56,023 bases of DNA, filler included, from Catajapyx aquilonaris (GCA_000934665.2; 2 parts of 2 records of this genome joined end to end with filler, not necessarily neighbours in it), one strand, 5' to 3'. Shown: positions 34,666 through 49,904, counted from the whole stretch's first letter. The notes: generated by a model from the sequence alone, not told the origin. Program-made: numbers and translations.

Positions 34666-37600
34666 ATAAGCCACGGCATTATTAGGCCACTTTTTATATA
34701 ATGGCCCGTTCATAATTCCTACTAAAATATGGATCAACAGTATTTGAACACGAGAAAGACGTAAAAAGATGCAGTCAGGCAGTATTGGAAATAGGGCAAA
34801 CTATAGTCCCCCATACCGAGCCTTGGGCTCTGGCACAGTCACCAGCCGAAGGTTAATAAACTAATATTCAATTCAAGTAGGAAAGAGTGGATACGTGAGC
34901 ATAAGATTCTACAGATGGGATGGCTGTGTCCTCCCGGTCCAGAAGGGGTGCTTTATTTCCTTCGGAGCGATGGAACCAGAAGAAGGAGTCTCTCTTCGTT
35001 AGTGTAGCTTGCGCAGCAATAAAATATGGACACCTGGATGCGGTCCGGCGCCACCAAAATTGAAGAAAAATTTCCTCACACTTTTAATTCGTTTCAGGGT
35101 ATATTCTTCCACAAAGGGAGACTCATCTCATTTGGTAATTATCATTCATATTTTGTATGAAGATCATACAAAAAGAAGAGGATCCTCAAGATCACATCTG
35201 ACGCCTTTCACAATAAAAGGAAAAGATACTACGTACTATACGTACCTGTAGCTGGTAAAGAGGTACACAAATACTTTGCTGTGACTAATTATTATGCATT
35301 CGTGGTAATGGCTGAAACTTGGACACTGACATAATAACAGATCATAGGACGCATTGGAACGCATTAGAAGCGCCAATGATGGATTCACAGTTTAGCCAAC
35401 AGAAATATTGGGCTGCTAATAACCAGTGGAAATGTACTACGCCCAAAGACTGACTGTAATGAGCTCACCAGATGTTAAGTCAACCCTTACTTGGAAGGAA
35501 TGGTTGGACTTACTGTAATGATACGTGACCTGGTACTTTAATTATTGCTAATCAAATGCCAAGTAAAAGTAAACACACCCAATGGACAACGAAGAGACAC
35601 AACCACAAATCTCATAAAATACATAATAAAAATAAGGTCATCTACCACAGCATGCAATTGTCATAGTAAAAGTAAATCCAAAATCTGAACCAGAGTAGGA
35701 AATATTTCATTCAGCATTCCTCTTGCTTTTTTGATGGCCAAAAGTAAAACCTGGGCCAAGATATGGTCTCTGCATGATGGCTTTCTTCATCTGCGAAAAT
35801 GCCTGGCAAAACACCTACTAAAATGCCAGGGAATCCCCAAATATCAGCATCCTTTCCACTTATTTCATACGGATCACCACTAGTCTTACCAGGTAATCAC
35901 CATTCCCATTTCGTGAGAAAATCAAGATTCCCATCTGGTCAACTGTGATGACGTTTGGCACAATGCGCACACTGGTCACATATCGAAAAAGAGGGCAAGA
36001 GCAACCAAATCTCAACGTCGCTTGCGTGGCATGTTCACTGACAAATTAACACGTAGGAGACACAGGCTGATAAAATATACTTAAATGCAGTAATTATTAT
36101 GCACCGCCACAATATCTGATGGCATTCGTGTCGCTGCCAATGTGGAGAGAGGAGAGAGCTGCAGCATCGGTATCAAGGCAGACGACGAGAAGGGATGAAA
36201 TTGAGCCATATTTGATGAGATCAACGGCTTTTACTGACCATCAAACAACATTACACCTACGGTAACTGTGAACAAAACCTGAAAGTCATATTCGATAAAC
36301 ATCTATTACATAATTATCAGCAACACTTCACATTTTCAAAGTTGGTTTTCGGTATTACACATTTTCCCGATGACTTTCCAAAGAGAAAGTAAGCCTTATT
36401 TTGCGCGAAATGTAACTGAATATTTTAAACCAATGTAACCAGAAAAGTTACTACACTTCATTTTGCTATCTACGTGATCTGGTGGTATTTTAATTATTGC
36501 CAATCATTACTAAATTACCAAATACGCCCAATGGACTGCGAGGAGACATGGCCACAAAACCGCCGTAGATAGAATCCAGGGTAATAAAATAATAAGATCA
36601 TCTATTACGGTATGCAAATGGCCAAAATAAACGTCAAGCAGCCGCGACTAAAAATTCAAAAGAATCCCGAAATACCAGCACCTATTCCTATTCCACCGGA
36701 AGGTTCAATAGCAAACAAGATTATTAGAAAATAGCCATCCAACCTGGCATTCATCATTCGCATTTTGTGGGTGGAAATCAAGACTCCTCTCTGGTCAGCT
36801 TTTATGACGATTGGCAGGCAGGACACACACAAACACTCGGTTTTAGTGATCCTGGTGATGAAACCAGGTAAAGGATGTAGGAAGCCGTGGATATACCATC
36901 CAAACTGTTCTTTTCCAATGATTCAGACCACACGATTATTGCGTCACCTGAAGGTCAGAGATACGACGATCCAGCCAAAGGCCCTGCTTCAGAAGGTATA
37001 CCATACAGAAAGAAATGATCACTCACATGGACTGACTCGTGACAATATAATAAGAAAACGCTTGAATCTCACGAATTGTAAAGCAAGTTGATGCTGACAT
37101 AAATATATATTACTGTATATTATATAATATTATAGCCATATAGATCTCTTCAAATATCCAGCTGGAAGGACGAGAAGCTATGGAAAATATAACCCTCCAT
37201 TTCACGAACCGCGCCGACTTATGTCCCTGGCTGCCTGGCACGTAGCACTGCTGCATACTCATGTAGTAATATGAAGAACATTTGGCCAGAATGTCCCGAA
37301 GATCTCAGATTTAAATCCCAATTCATCAACAGAAGAGTCAAGTTAACATTGCTGTATGAGACACACATGAACATCACGTGTTCTTCAGATTGTAATACAA
37401 TCCGCTGTAGTGCATGGGAAGAACACTTTCACCATCAGTGTGCAAATCATGTCACTATAAGCAGCGCCCCTTGATACCAACCTGTAATCAAGTGGAGAGT
37501 AAATGAACTACTCTTCATGGCAACATGAAAGACTCTTCTTGGATGATACCCGGAGAAGGTAGCCCCCGTCAAGACTTCCAGGGTGGTGAAGTACATAGGT

Positions 37601-40300
37601 ATGACAGGCCCAAAAAACATTACATTCAGCATTGCAAACTACGAAGAGAGACTTTCGCGGAATTGTTCAATGTGCGTGAATTAAACATGGGGTGCTTTAG
37701 TGCCGACTTATGGTGACTTATGACCTGATCACGAGAGATTATCAGCATCAGGATGAGGAAATTGGCACACAGAAGCCATGCCACAGAGCGAGTGAGAGCC
37801 AGAATATTTGTCACCTTTGTAAGCAATCTGTGCCATTGTGTGAACCACTTTTCATTCCAGTTCAAATGAGATGGTGGCAGCAAGGAGTGCCACAATTATT
37901 AAGGCTGAGTAATGCACATGCATGTCCATACACGCCTGGCACACAGGAGAACACACACCGAACACACCACATGACACATCATGTTGTGCAATAATTAATA
38001 CCTTCGCAACCAATTAAATCGGATTTATTAGCAACTACTGCAGTTCAAATTATTCGCCCAGGTCATAAGGCAGTTGAAACTTCAAGGATACAATCCCGTG
38101 TAATCAACTCTTTCCAGCAAAGTGTGGACATATCAGGCAAATAATTACCGTTCCTTGCATGTTAATAACACCATCACTACTGCGCGGTCCATGCCAACAC
38201 CTATCAGTCAAGCTGGCTCCATATAATGAGGACGAAATGTGACAGTTGCTGCTCAAAAAACTACTTTCCAGTAAGAAGCTAGAAAAAGGCAATCGATATG
38301 ATTTCTTGTGGCCTCTTTTTTTTGTATCATAAACACTTGATTTTTTAAGAAAGGTCTCCGAAGGTGCGAAAGTCATTTGGGAAGGATCAAGTGCAGTCAA
38401 TATTGTGAACAAGTTCAAAAAAATGGACCAGTGCAGAGTGCGAAAGAGGCCGCAATTTTAAAATTTGGTTCACTGTCTCAAGGTTCCATTGCACGACTAC
38501 AGAAATATTGTGTTCGCAGGTGACATTCGATGCATCCTAATGGCATATTGCAAGCAAAATAGTGGATAGATCACTCTGCATTATGGATAGAAAACAGCTC
38601 TATGTGAGGTCTTCTACGCACTTGTCGCATTATTTTCTCTCAGACTCAAATAACGACTACAAGTCCCCATGCCAAGTACACTGCTCCAGGGATTAAAATA
38701 TACCTGATTTGCCTTGGTTATAGCTGACAGTTAAGGGACATCGAATAATTCCGCTTGACTTTTCTGTGTAAACGATTTCCATTACATCGTAGGCTTGTAC
38801 AGTACATGATTGGCAAGAATACATCATCATGTCCTATGAAGTGGACCACTGATACACAGTAACAATAATATCAACAAGAGGGCTCAATTAAGTTCAAGAA
38901 AAGACTCTTGATATGTGTTTTTTTCCATTCATATACGCATGTCGGGTGATTGCAGAGAATCAATGAAGGAAAAATTGTTGATCTGGAAATATTGCAGATA
39001 ATTAGCACACTGCAGTATACAACAATAAAAAAGTACCGTGCTAAATTCTAAATACAGGACTTCCATTAGCCAATCATTCATATTAGTAGCATGAGCATGT
39101 GCATGTTTCATTATGTTACTGGGACTCAAGACTGCTCGCTATGCAATAGTAAAGCCACAACATTGTTAGGCCACTTTTTGTACTGTATAATGGCCCGTTC
39201 ATAATTCCTACTAAAAATATGCAACAACAGTATTTTAACTGGAGGAAGACGTGAAAAGACACAGTCTGGCAGCATCGGAAACAGGGCAAACTATTCCCAA
39301 TACCGAGCCTTGAACTTAAGCATAGCTACCAGCGGAAGGTTAATTCCTAAATATTCAATAATTCAAGTAAGAAAGAGTGGAGACGTGAGCATGTGATTGT
39401 ACAGAAGGGATGTAGTTCATCCAGTCCAGAAGGGATGTTTTTTTTTTCCTTAGGGGCGATGGAACCAGAAGAAGTCTCACAATGCGACTTTATAAGCCAA
39501 CAAAATAAAAATTATGACAGGCCCAAGATGATCAGAGTGGCATAAGACTATACCTTCATGAAGAGAAGGTAAGTGACCTCTGCGGGACAACTTATTCTGG
39601 TCATCCAATAGGCTGGCTCCACTCTTGGTGAAACACCAGTGTCGGACACACTTAGGGAAGTAATGGAGAACATTCATTAGGCAGGTTGTCATTGGACAGA
39701 TCTTTCTATACTTGAATAATTACACTTTTAATGTGCTTCAGCGTTTATACTTACTTCCTAAGAAGACAGGCACATATCACTTGGTAATCACGATTCATAT
39801 TTTTGCTAAAAACAAATTCACACATGAGATCCTAAAAATCTCATCTGACACCTTTCATAATAAGTTTCATAATAAGAGGTAAAGATACTACATACTGGTA
39901 AAGAAGCAAGTTAAACGAAATAAATACTTTGCTGTGACTTATGCATTCGTGGAAGTGGCCGAAACTTGGACACTGACATAATAACAGATCGTATGTAACA
40001 TGAAACATGACTCCCTACATGGTACTTTAATCGTCTAATCAAATACCAAGCAACTTCACACACCCAATCGACAGCGAAGAGACACGACCACAAAACTGAT
40101 AAAATACAGAATAATAAATAAGGCCCGCATCTGCCACATGCAATTATTGTCATATTAAAAGCAAATCTAGAATGTGCACCAGAGTAGAAAATATTTCATA
40201 AGACATCCATCTTGGTTTTCTTGGCGGCCGAAAATAAAACCTGGGCCAAGGTGACGCATGAATATCTTAACGAGTTCTTCATCTGAGGAAACGACTGCCA
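34666..40300 (+). repeat. Diverged direct duplication: blocks in ~34666-35830 repeated at ~39150-40300 (partial third copy ~36475-36620)
   Basis: Shared strings include tataatggcccgttcataattcctactaaaa, ggggcgatggaaccagaagaag-like, gaaacttggacactgacataataacagatc and taaaacctgggccaag in both copies. Confidence 0.8.
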
Positions 40301-43001
40301 AAATACCCACTAAAAATCCGAGAATAGTATACGGATTGCCACAATATTATTCTAAAATGGCAAAGACACAGCCCAACTGCGCAATGAATCGCATTCAATA
40401 TGTCTTCTTGAGTGGTGGTAATATAACTAAAGGATTACATCAGCCATACCTGATGAGATTTCCCACCATTGAAAGTATTTTCTTCAAAAAAAAGTTTGGA
40501 AACTTGTTAAATGTATTGCGCATTAGCAGGGTCATTTCTTGTGCTTAAAATTAACGACTAGACATCCTTCCATGTAAAAGGGCAGCGTTTTATTGATTAA
40601 GAATATATTGCATCCTCATATCGAATATATTAATATTTAACAAAAACTAACACAGCGGCTTTCCTCATTCATAAAAGTCTGGCCAATAATTATGGCGGTG
40701 AATAAATTGGACTACTTGCCCACTCAAAATGCAGCCCCAGTTTGCTCGAAGATCGTATTTCGCCAAATGGAGCATTGGCAGTGTAAGTTGTAGTTCAGGA
40801 GGGCTGCCTGTCCAACCATCGTCAAAAGGAAAGCTCATTCCACACGTCATGAAGACCACAAAATTGCAATTAAAATGCTACGGTGCATATGACGTAAACA
40901 ATACGTGCAGCAGATGCACATCGACAAATATCTCACACCTCCTATCGGCTTCCCTGCAGTGAAACTTCAGGGTTGTGCATCGTTCTCACCAATAGGGTTT
41001 AACCCGTCATTAGAAACAAATGTAAGTACAAGGTTATGCAACAGTAAAATTATCATGAAAAGTTGCCTGATGCAAGAATAACACGATGTCTCTCGCAGAA
41101 CATCGGAGATTACCCGTAACTACTGTCGGGCATGTCTGATTGAACTGGAAATAACCAGGAAACCTGTGCTACAAGTTCCCTACTTCCGATTAGCCTACTG
41201 GACAGCCAAACCAGCAAAGAACGAGACGATAACCAGCCGATGACCGACTCCGACCCAAGTGGCACTGACCAGGCTGCACCACACACATCATACGTGAGTA
41301 AATACATCTAGATATTGTATCAATAAATATATTAGAATTGATTTTTTATGCAGGGAGTAATGATACCTTGATATTATTTGTCTTGTGCTGAATTGAACAA
41401 CGTAGATCTCAGTGAGAATCAAATTCCGACCTAAAGAATCTTCATAAATCACCTTATCAATTGCAAAACAATGAATATTATTCCACATTCATAAACTCCA
41501 GATTTGGAAGGCCTCTACTTTCTACTGAATTTAGCCTTATAATCATTCCAAAGGCAAGTGCAACAGAAAGTAGTCAGAGGTGGCCGAAGGTCTAGAGACG
41601 CTCTGCACATCAGAAGACAACAAATAGAGCCGCTTGACCTAAATTTTCGTATGACAATCAAACATCTCAGATCACCTACAATCAAAAAATGTATGTGAAG
41701 ACAGAAGTAATGCATGAAAATGCCTGTAAAACATTACCGCACTAAAATGTATAAGACTATCATTCAAATTCCATATAACGCCCATTTAAAAGTGGCTAAC
41801 ACGTCATAATTATAATATGTACTATCCTGCTGTAACGCTGAATAGTAAATCAATGTTGAAGCTTGCAAAAAATCTGGCAAGTTTGTGGGTTGGTATTGTT
41901 GTGCACTCACATTGATCAGTGCAACATGCGGCCGGCTGCTAATTGGAGACACAAAGTATCATGAGACAAAACTGACAGTGAAGCGAAATGAATGCAAATG
42001 CAACTTGTTCAATTATTAAAACGCTTGCGTGCAGGCCTTTGAACTATATAACTGTTCCCTTGGGGTTGGTAGATCCAAAGTGACTTGCAGATTCCTTCCG
42101 AGAATGCTTCCCGACCTGATCATAGACATAGACGTATTTCCAGGTTAAGGACAACTCACCCTGTATGATGCATAATGAATATTTGAGGGAGACTATGAAT
42201 GACGAAAGAGGACCATCACATTACAAAGCACATTGAGGAATCAATGCTATAAAAAATAAGTGTGATACGCAGTAAAATGCGGGCACACCACCATTAGCAT
42301 TTTCTAGTATATAAAAAGCACTCACCCTCATAAGGTCCTGTTTCCTTAGTGAGAAATACGAAAGTGTGGACCACCACCCGCGGAAATATTATCAAACTTA
42401 TACAAAAACTCTCGTCTCCCTCACCTGAAATCAACATCGGACACCGACCTTGGATTAAGTGATGCTCGTAAACGGGTGTCCGACTGACAGAGTGTGGTGC
42501 ACACCAGGCGAGAGAGATAATCTACGTTGTCTTGTGCTCGTGGTCTCACCTTGCACATTGAACACAGGAGATAAGGGGCTATACGAGAGAGGGAAGGGGG
42601 GGAAAAAAACACGTATACCTTCCCTGACAACCCACCCACCTACCAACTCACACCAGGGTGACCTGGCCCACTTTCCACATTTCCCCCATTTGACCTCTCA
42701 TGAATCATGCGCTGTTTCAGACAACAATGGTTGAAGGCCAACAATTATTATTCACGACACTGACACTAAACCATCCAGGAACAAGTTTCGATAAAAGATC
42801 AGAGATTGTTGATTCAAGATTGTTGCTAATTATTATTGCTGACTCAACAATATCATTATCTCGGCAGGGTTTGGTCTGATATTGTTCCACCATAATTAGG
42901 GAGCCTCTGCGGACACAATATTGATTCATTTTACTGATATCAATAAAATACTTGGCGGCGATATGGTAAGTTCAACTTAGGGCATTAACCATGTAGGTGT
43001 T

Positions 43002-43116
43002 CATGGGTGGAATTTTCGTCCCACTGCTAGTTACTGCTGACTTAGCAGTACCAGTGTTGGAAATAGTACTGCTAAGTCAGCAGTAACAAGCAGTGGGACG
43101 AAAGTTCCACCCCATG
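43002..43116. repeat. Near-perfect ~50-bp-arm hairpin (MITE-like or hairpin RNA)
   Basis: 43002-43051 is the reverse complement of 43066-43116 with 2 mismatches and 1 indel; the loop is 14 nt. Confidence 0.85.
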
Positions 43117-46100
43117 TCGTTAAATATTAGATATTTCTTACTGGTGACACCAAAGACAGACACTACACGCTGCATTATGTAGAGTGAATAAAACCTGTAT
43201 GGGAAAACAATTACCGTACTACACATTCATAACCTTCCTAATTTAAAGATTTCTAGAACATGCCATCCTGCTAAGAGGTAACGTACTCGTAACATTAAAA
43301 TAAGGAGTACAGCATTTACGTAGGGGTTTTTTTTTTGCACCAGGCTTATTATGCATTGCCGGAATAATGTAATTATTCAAGTACATCCCATTGGAAACAG
43401 AGGTCAGAGTGAATAATGTTAGTGCTCGAAGGGTACGGTCATTCGTCACCTGATATGTGCAAACCTCGTGGAACATTATATGCCGCACACAAGAATGCAC
43501 GATGAAAATTAGATAAAGGAAATTCTCCTACACCTGACCACACACTAGGACGTCACCTTCCTCTCAAGTTTTCATCGATTTAAAAAAATCAGAAAGGTTC
43601 CAAATTCAAGTGGTGATTCGACCAGTGAGCAAGTATACAGGCCAAACATCCCTTTCTGAAAGATGGAAAAAGAGCTGAAATAATATTATAGACCACTCTT
43701 CAAAGCTGCCTCTCACCCCTTTTTGATCCAAAAACTAAGCTCCACAGCCTGAAAAGTGAGCTTGCCATTTTGGTGACTCGATTAAGTGCTCTTGAGAAAG
43801 ACAATGCTAAATTGGTGAGGAGGACTGAAACCATTTCACAGGAAAAGAAGGAGAGAGAGAGTCCTTGTGCAGTGAATATGATTCCGACTCATGACACCAT
43901 AAATTTGTAATAATCCTGTACAGTGTAGGGGGTCTAATTAATGGTCTTGTACTGTGCGTACGTGCCATGCGTGCAACTTGATGCAGGTCAGGATGGGGCA
44001 TGATCGATAATATGCTGCATATGCAACCAGTGCAATTAAAACTCCAGGTGCGCACGAATTACAAACCCGAACAGGTGACTTTCACATACAGTACTCCAAA
44101 ATATGTAAAACTTAAAATTAAAAACTCTTCCATATGAAACAGCCTCCCTCGAATAAGAAACCCTCCTCACTTGGACACACAGAGCTCAATACAGATCATA
44201 CTCGTACTTGTTCATATCAACCCATTTAAATATGGTTGTGTGCAGTTTACCCAACGTAATATGATGCCTTCAAAAATGAGACTCATTGTCAGCAAATGAA
44301 ACAAAATCATATGACAACCCAGATGAGCAGCGTGGCATGAGTCCGCCTTCATGAAGAGAAGGAAAGTGATCTCTGGACAGCTTATTCGGGTCATCCAATA
44401 TAGGCAGCCCTCGGAGACCAAGTGTCGGACACACTTACAGAAGATATGAAGAATATTCATTAGGCAGATCAGGACCTCTCATTTAATTTGCCATTTTTAT
44501 CTCGCAGATATGTCCTAAATTATGAACTTCAGATAACGTACACTTTAGAAGATCATGACAATGTTGGTAGTTTATTTTGGTTATTTTTACAGTTATTCAG
44601 AGCAGCCCCAAGTGTACTCAGATGACATTGATAATAATCAAGACTTCCGAATGCCATGAAAAATCCGACATTACGTGACAAAACAAGTGTTAATGTCAAT
44701 ACCTGAAATGTAAAATGGTCACAAATGTGTCACTTGGTCCTAATTAACCATACATATTCATTTGAGACAATGCGTGTGTAACAACCGCAGCCACAAACAT
44801 GCTTCACATAGCCCAAATACGCCATTGGCCGTAGGAATCTAATTGCAGCATGAGACGAACTCAAAAGAAGCCACTGACCTCACATTGAGGCAACAGCTTG
44901 GTAGACTAACTGACTTCCATTTATTTGGAGCATTGAATTCAAGATATTACAGGTTGAGATGTGGCACAGTTTGGCTCGCCATCGCAAACCCTGTACCTGC
45001 ACACACTATCTCAGATCGGCAGATCGATATGCGGAACCAGCACAATAATCTTCCATAAACATAGACATTTACACTAGTTTTTTTGTATCAGGATTATTAC
45101 GCCTATTACAGTATTATCCGCATTGCAGCAAAATCAAGTAGGCTACTTCCCATTGCAACAGAGGTCAGCCTGAATTTTCACTAAGTGGTCGAAGTTAGGG
45201 TAAACAGATAATTCATCACCGATACGTTTAAACCTCGTGGAACTGATATGCCACCCACAAGATTTGTTTAGTACAATTCTGACCATGTACGTATGAACCA
45301 CCGATTATACCGCCTGCTACAATTCGAGGTTCGTATATATGCATTTTAAAAAACCAACAACATTAGGGTTGTGTTGGGGACACGAGCCGCAGCTTTTGAC
45401 GCGAATACGTCTTTAAAAAGGAAAACTCGAGCGTGACGGGACTGGGACACCCACAGGTAACCCTCAAGTCTTGACACATACATGGTGACCCTAAAGTCTT
45501 GCCATGGAAAGCGTGGCTATGGAGACCTTTATTTCCATCAAGATAAAGAATGAGGGGAACGTGTATGAAAATGAAGGCAAATGAGGTCCAACGTGCAGTG
45601 AAAATCCAGACGACAGTAAGGCATTCAGACCACCAACACACGACGGAATGAGTCCTGATACACAAACAAAGATTGTAATCTGGCAATAAGACTAACTGAC
45701 CATGCCGAGATTGAAGAGGAGTCTGAACCAACATGGAACAACAAATCAAGACGGATAATTATCGTATATGGTAATAATATGGTCTCCTGTATGACGCCAC
45801 CCATCCTGAATATATATACGCATATTGTGATCCAGGTGAAGTAGTGATTCAATCTGTGGCCAAAATGTAGTAATTACGACATACAAAATAAGCAAGTAAT
45901 CAAGTCTAATAACAACAGTTATTCACCCAAGAGCATCCAAAATGAGAATGAAGCATCTTCTGGTGACTTTGAAAAGTTTGAAATGGTGCAGAAATGTACA
46001 TGTTACAAAGTGAAAGAGATCCACAACTGGCGGGTTTCAATTCATATCATGCCGTACTTGTTATGTAAATATTGACCAAATATAATATTGGCATCTCATG

Positions 46101-47424
46101 TTCACATAACTGTTAACGAAATTAAATGCAAACAAAACCTGAAAGTAATCATTGATAAACTTATATTATAAAATACTGTTAGTAACATTTCACCATTTCA
46201 ATTATGGTTTTCAGTATTAAATACTTTCCGAGGATTTTATCAAAGATATAACTTATATATGGTATGAACCAGTGGTCATGACCAGGACTCAGAGGGTAAG
46301 AGAGGGAGACCTTAGTGTGATAGAATCTCGCGAAGGTGTCACACGCACAATGTACAGTACAAAGAACTACGCAATGAATCGCATTCAATAATATTATGTC
46401 TTCTAAACCTTGAGTGGTGGTAATATAACTCAAGGATTACATCAGCCATACCTGATGAGATTTCCCACCATTGAAAGTACGTATTTTCTTCAAAGAGTTT
46501 GGAATCTTGTTAAATATATTGCGCATTAGCAAGGTCATTTTTTTTGGCTTAAAATTAATGACTAAGACATCTTTCCATGTAAAAGGGCAGCGTTTTATTG
46601 ATTGAGAATTTCACCCAATTTATTAATTTAACAAAAACTAACACAGCGGCTTTGCTAATTCATAAAAGTCTGGCCAACATATAATAATTATGGCGGTAAA
46701 TAAATTGAACTACTTTCCCACTCAAAATGCGGCCCCAGTTTTCTCGAAGATCGTATTTCGCCAAATGGACTCCGGACTCGAAGAAATGAAACCGTTGCAT
46801 TCCATCACAAAGGACCGGTGTCGTCTATGAGAAGATAATCAAATTTATTGTGTAAACATTTCTCAACACATTATCATACGCGACTAGGATTAGATAGCAA
46901 CAATACCTTCTCATCGTTTTGTAACTGAAATAAAATTATAGGTGTACTGGCCTGCGAAGTATCTCATCACATGCCCGACAATATATTTGAAAGAGAAAGA
47001 GAAAGGTTCCAGATCTCAGCCAGATTAACACGATGTATGCCTCTCGCAGCACATAGAAGATTATCCGTAACTACAACTGTCGGGCATGTCTGATTTAACT
47101 GGTAACCAGGAAAACAGTGCTACAAGTTCTCTGCTTCCGAATAGCCTACTGGACAGCCAAACCAGCAAAGAACGAGACGAAAACCAGCCGATGACTGACT
47201 CCCGACACAAGTGACACTGACCAGGCTGCAACACACACATCGTACATGAGTAAATACGTGGATGTGTGGTTCAACAAGTCACATGATTCAAGATTCACAA
47301 GGAACACCAATGAGTCCCGGAGAAAGGTCAAGAGATATTGGTAAAATCAACACGCGACTGCATGACTCCATAGCAATCAAACCAAAGTGTGTATAATTTG
47401 GTGACTGAAACGACAGAATACTCA

Positions 47425-47749
47425 TGTGACAGAGGCAGTCCCTATCACGGACGTCATCCCATCACTTTCGTTTTCGTTCACCTTGAGTGGTATGCCGCTC
47501 AAGGTCCCTTTCTCTTTCTTTCCGGAATGCCCTACTCCACCCGTCATGCATTGGGTTTTGGATAGCATAAAATGGGGGGATCTCCGGATACTCGTGGCCA
47601 GTCGTTGGGTAGTCCACTGTGCCAATTCCCTCCTGCCTGTCCTCACCCATGCTATCCGGTATTTTTCCCTCTTTTCTCCGTATCTCTGTACTGTACACTC
47701 GTAATAAAGGTCTGTATTGAGCAATGAACCCACTATCGTTTTTGTAACA
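47425..47749 (+). mobile_element. Possible solo LTR
   Basis: A 325-bp segment bounded by TGTGACA...TGTAACA with AATAAA at ~47703. It is absent from the paralogous 41-42 kb block. No convincing target-site duplication. Confidence 0.4.
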
Positions 47750-49655
47750 AATACAGTTACACTCACATACTCGCATCTGAAGGGGGAAACCGAAAACTAA
47801 ACACTGATTCATATTGTAAGGATCTACATACATCTACATACATCAATTTCAGCCAACCCAAATTAACATGTCCACAACCACTACCTCCCAGCATTTGACT
47901 ATGAAAAGGTGGTGATAACTTTCTTGGAACTTTCGTGTTATATACGTACAATATATTGCTGTGCACTTACATTGATCAGTGCAACATGCGGCCGGCTGCT
48001 AATTGGAGACACAAAGTATCATGACGCAAAACTGACAGTGAAGCGATATGAATGCAAATGCAACTTGTTCAATTATTAAGACGCTTGCGTGCATGCCTTT
48101 GAACTATATAACTGTTCCCTTGGGGTTGGTAGATCCAAAGTGACTTGCAGATTCCTTCTGAGAATGCTTCCCGACCTGATCATAGACTTTCCAATGTATG
48201 TTCAGGTAAGGACAACTCACCCTGTATGATACATAATGAATATTTGAGGGAGACTATGAATGACGAAAGAGGACCATCACATTACAAAGCACATTGAGGA
48301 ATCAATGCTATAAAAAATAAGCGTGATACGCAGTAAAATGCGGGCACACCACCATTAGCATTTTCTAGTATATAAAAAGCAAGATTTCTCTGCCGTCCTC
48401 TTTGAATTGGTATGACACACTCAAATCAGGCGACAAAGAAGTAGAAGACAAAAATGCTTTTACCATTTTGTCTGTACCATCTCCCTTGTAATCATTAACA
48501 ACTATTACGCATACTCAGGAATAGCATGAATAATGTGACATAGCACGACAGAGTACCCACGTGTAACTGAAATGTAGAGATATTTTATCGGTTAAAACTG
48601 GTTGAGACTGAATGGAATGAATTTTCCACAAATGTCAACAGGACTGATTCCTCCATTCGAAAGTACCCTTCGAGAAGTAGACTACAACAAGTGAATAAGA
48701 AGAGCTAGTATGACCCCAAACTATGACACGGAGCGTACTGCACGTCAGATCGGACGTGTAAATTTGTTTTGGGCGGATATTCTAGGAACGTTAATTACTG
48801 AACAATTGATTAATAATATGTTAAGCGTTTGTTGTGAGAATGGGAAGTTACAGGTAATTACTGCAGCTTGTGCAGCAATAAAATATTGTCACGTGGGTGT
48901 GTCCGGCTGCACCAAAATTCGCCAAAAAAAATCCTCACACATTTCATTTTCATTTTTATACAAAAACTCTCGTTTCCCTCACCTGAAATCAACATCGGAC
49001 ACCAAGATATTTCTTACTGGTGACACCAAACACAGAAACTACACGCTGCATTATGCAGAGTGAATAAAACCTGTGTGGGAAGAGGAGAAGACAACCAGCG
49101 GCTGATGACGCAATAAATAATGGAACCCATTACATCTACTGGATGGATATTTTACAAAACTATCTGACGAAGACCACTGCCTGGAGAAAAAGTTGTCACG
49201 CGACTGGAGAATCCGATGAAAGTGTCTCTTGACGACGAGTACGACTGGCTGCATCTCACGTCTATACTAGGAGCCAAGTCAGGAAAATCGAGGCACACGA
49301 TCAGACAAAATGCCAGCAGAGGCTGAAATAAGTTAACAAGTTTCGCCAAATGTAAAAGCATATCAATATTAATATTGCGCCGAATACAAAACAAAATCCA
49401 GCGCTTACACCAATATACAAACATCCGTGGCCGTGTCCACACGACCCCATGCCAAACCTCACGGGATCACAGGTGGATACAAATTGCGGGGGTGATTAAA
49501 ATGTACATTTCTCTAGATATTTTATCAACCTGAGGTGACTCAGCCTCACCAACTCCTTAGCTCTGGATAACGAGTAAAGTGTATGTTACTATTTCAGTCT
49601 TTGCCAGGAGAGAAATAGTATCTGGGTTAACTTTAACATTATACAGTACCAATGA

Positions 49656-49904
49656 CAAGGGTCTAAATATTCTGATGCAAAGGTGCAATTTGCACTCTAA
49701 ATTTATTATTTGCACTCCAAAGTGAACCCTGGAGTGCCGAGTTTGCACTCCAGTTGGTACTGTTTTTTAACATGGCTGAACCCAATAATTAAAAATGAAG
49801 CACTCCAAGAAAACAATCTATTTGCACTCCAGATGAAAGTCTAGAGCGCAAACTTCGCCCCGCCTGGCCAAAAAAAAAAAAAAAAAACTAAGATTCGACC
49901 CCTG
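49656..49904. mobile_element. hAT-like MITE carrying repeated TTTGCACTC motifs
   Basis: Imperfect inverted ends CAAGGGTCTAA ... TTCGACCCCTG. Internal TGCACTC at 49691, 49711, 49744 and 49823, plus reverse TGCGCTC at 49844-49850. TSD not clear. Confidence 0.45.

Larger units (their letters stand above)
40375..49080 (+). repeat. Colinear ~6-kb-offset duplication blocks (40375-40770/46365-46769; 41080-41305/47027-47255; 41894-42320/47954-48381; 42400-42446+43128-43205/48960-49080)
   Basis: Near-identical text in both copies, e.g. attgatcagtgcaacatgcggccggctgctaattggagacacaaagtatcatga and ggacagccaaaccagcaaagaacgagacga. Confidence 0.85.

Noticed and set aside
43735..43910. Coiled-coil-like frame KLHSLKSELAILVTRLSALEKDNAKL (LINE ORF1-like)
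   Set aside because: Short, with no start and no adjacent endonuclease/RT sequence, so it cannot be assigned.
44900..49290. Mariner-like peptide scraps DFHLFGAL (~44910, +) and PDLAPS (~49270, -)
   Set aside because: Only 6-8 residues each with no flanking transposase similarity or TIRs; at most highly decayed relics.
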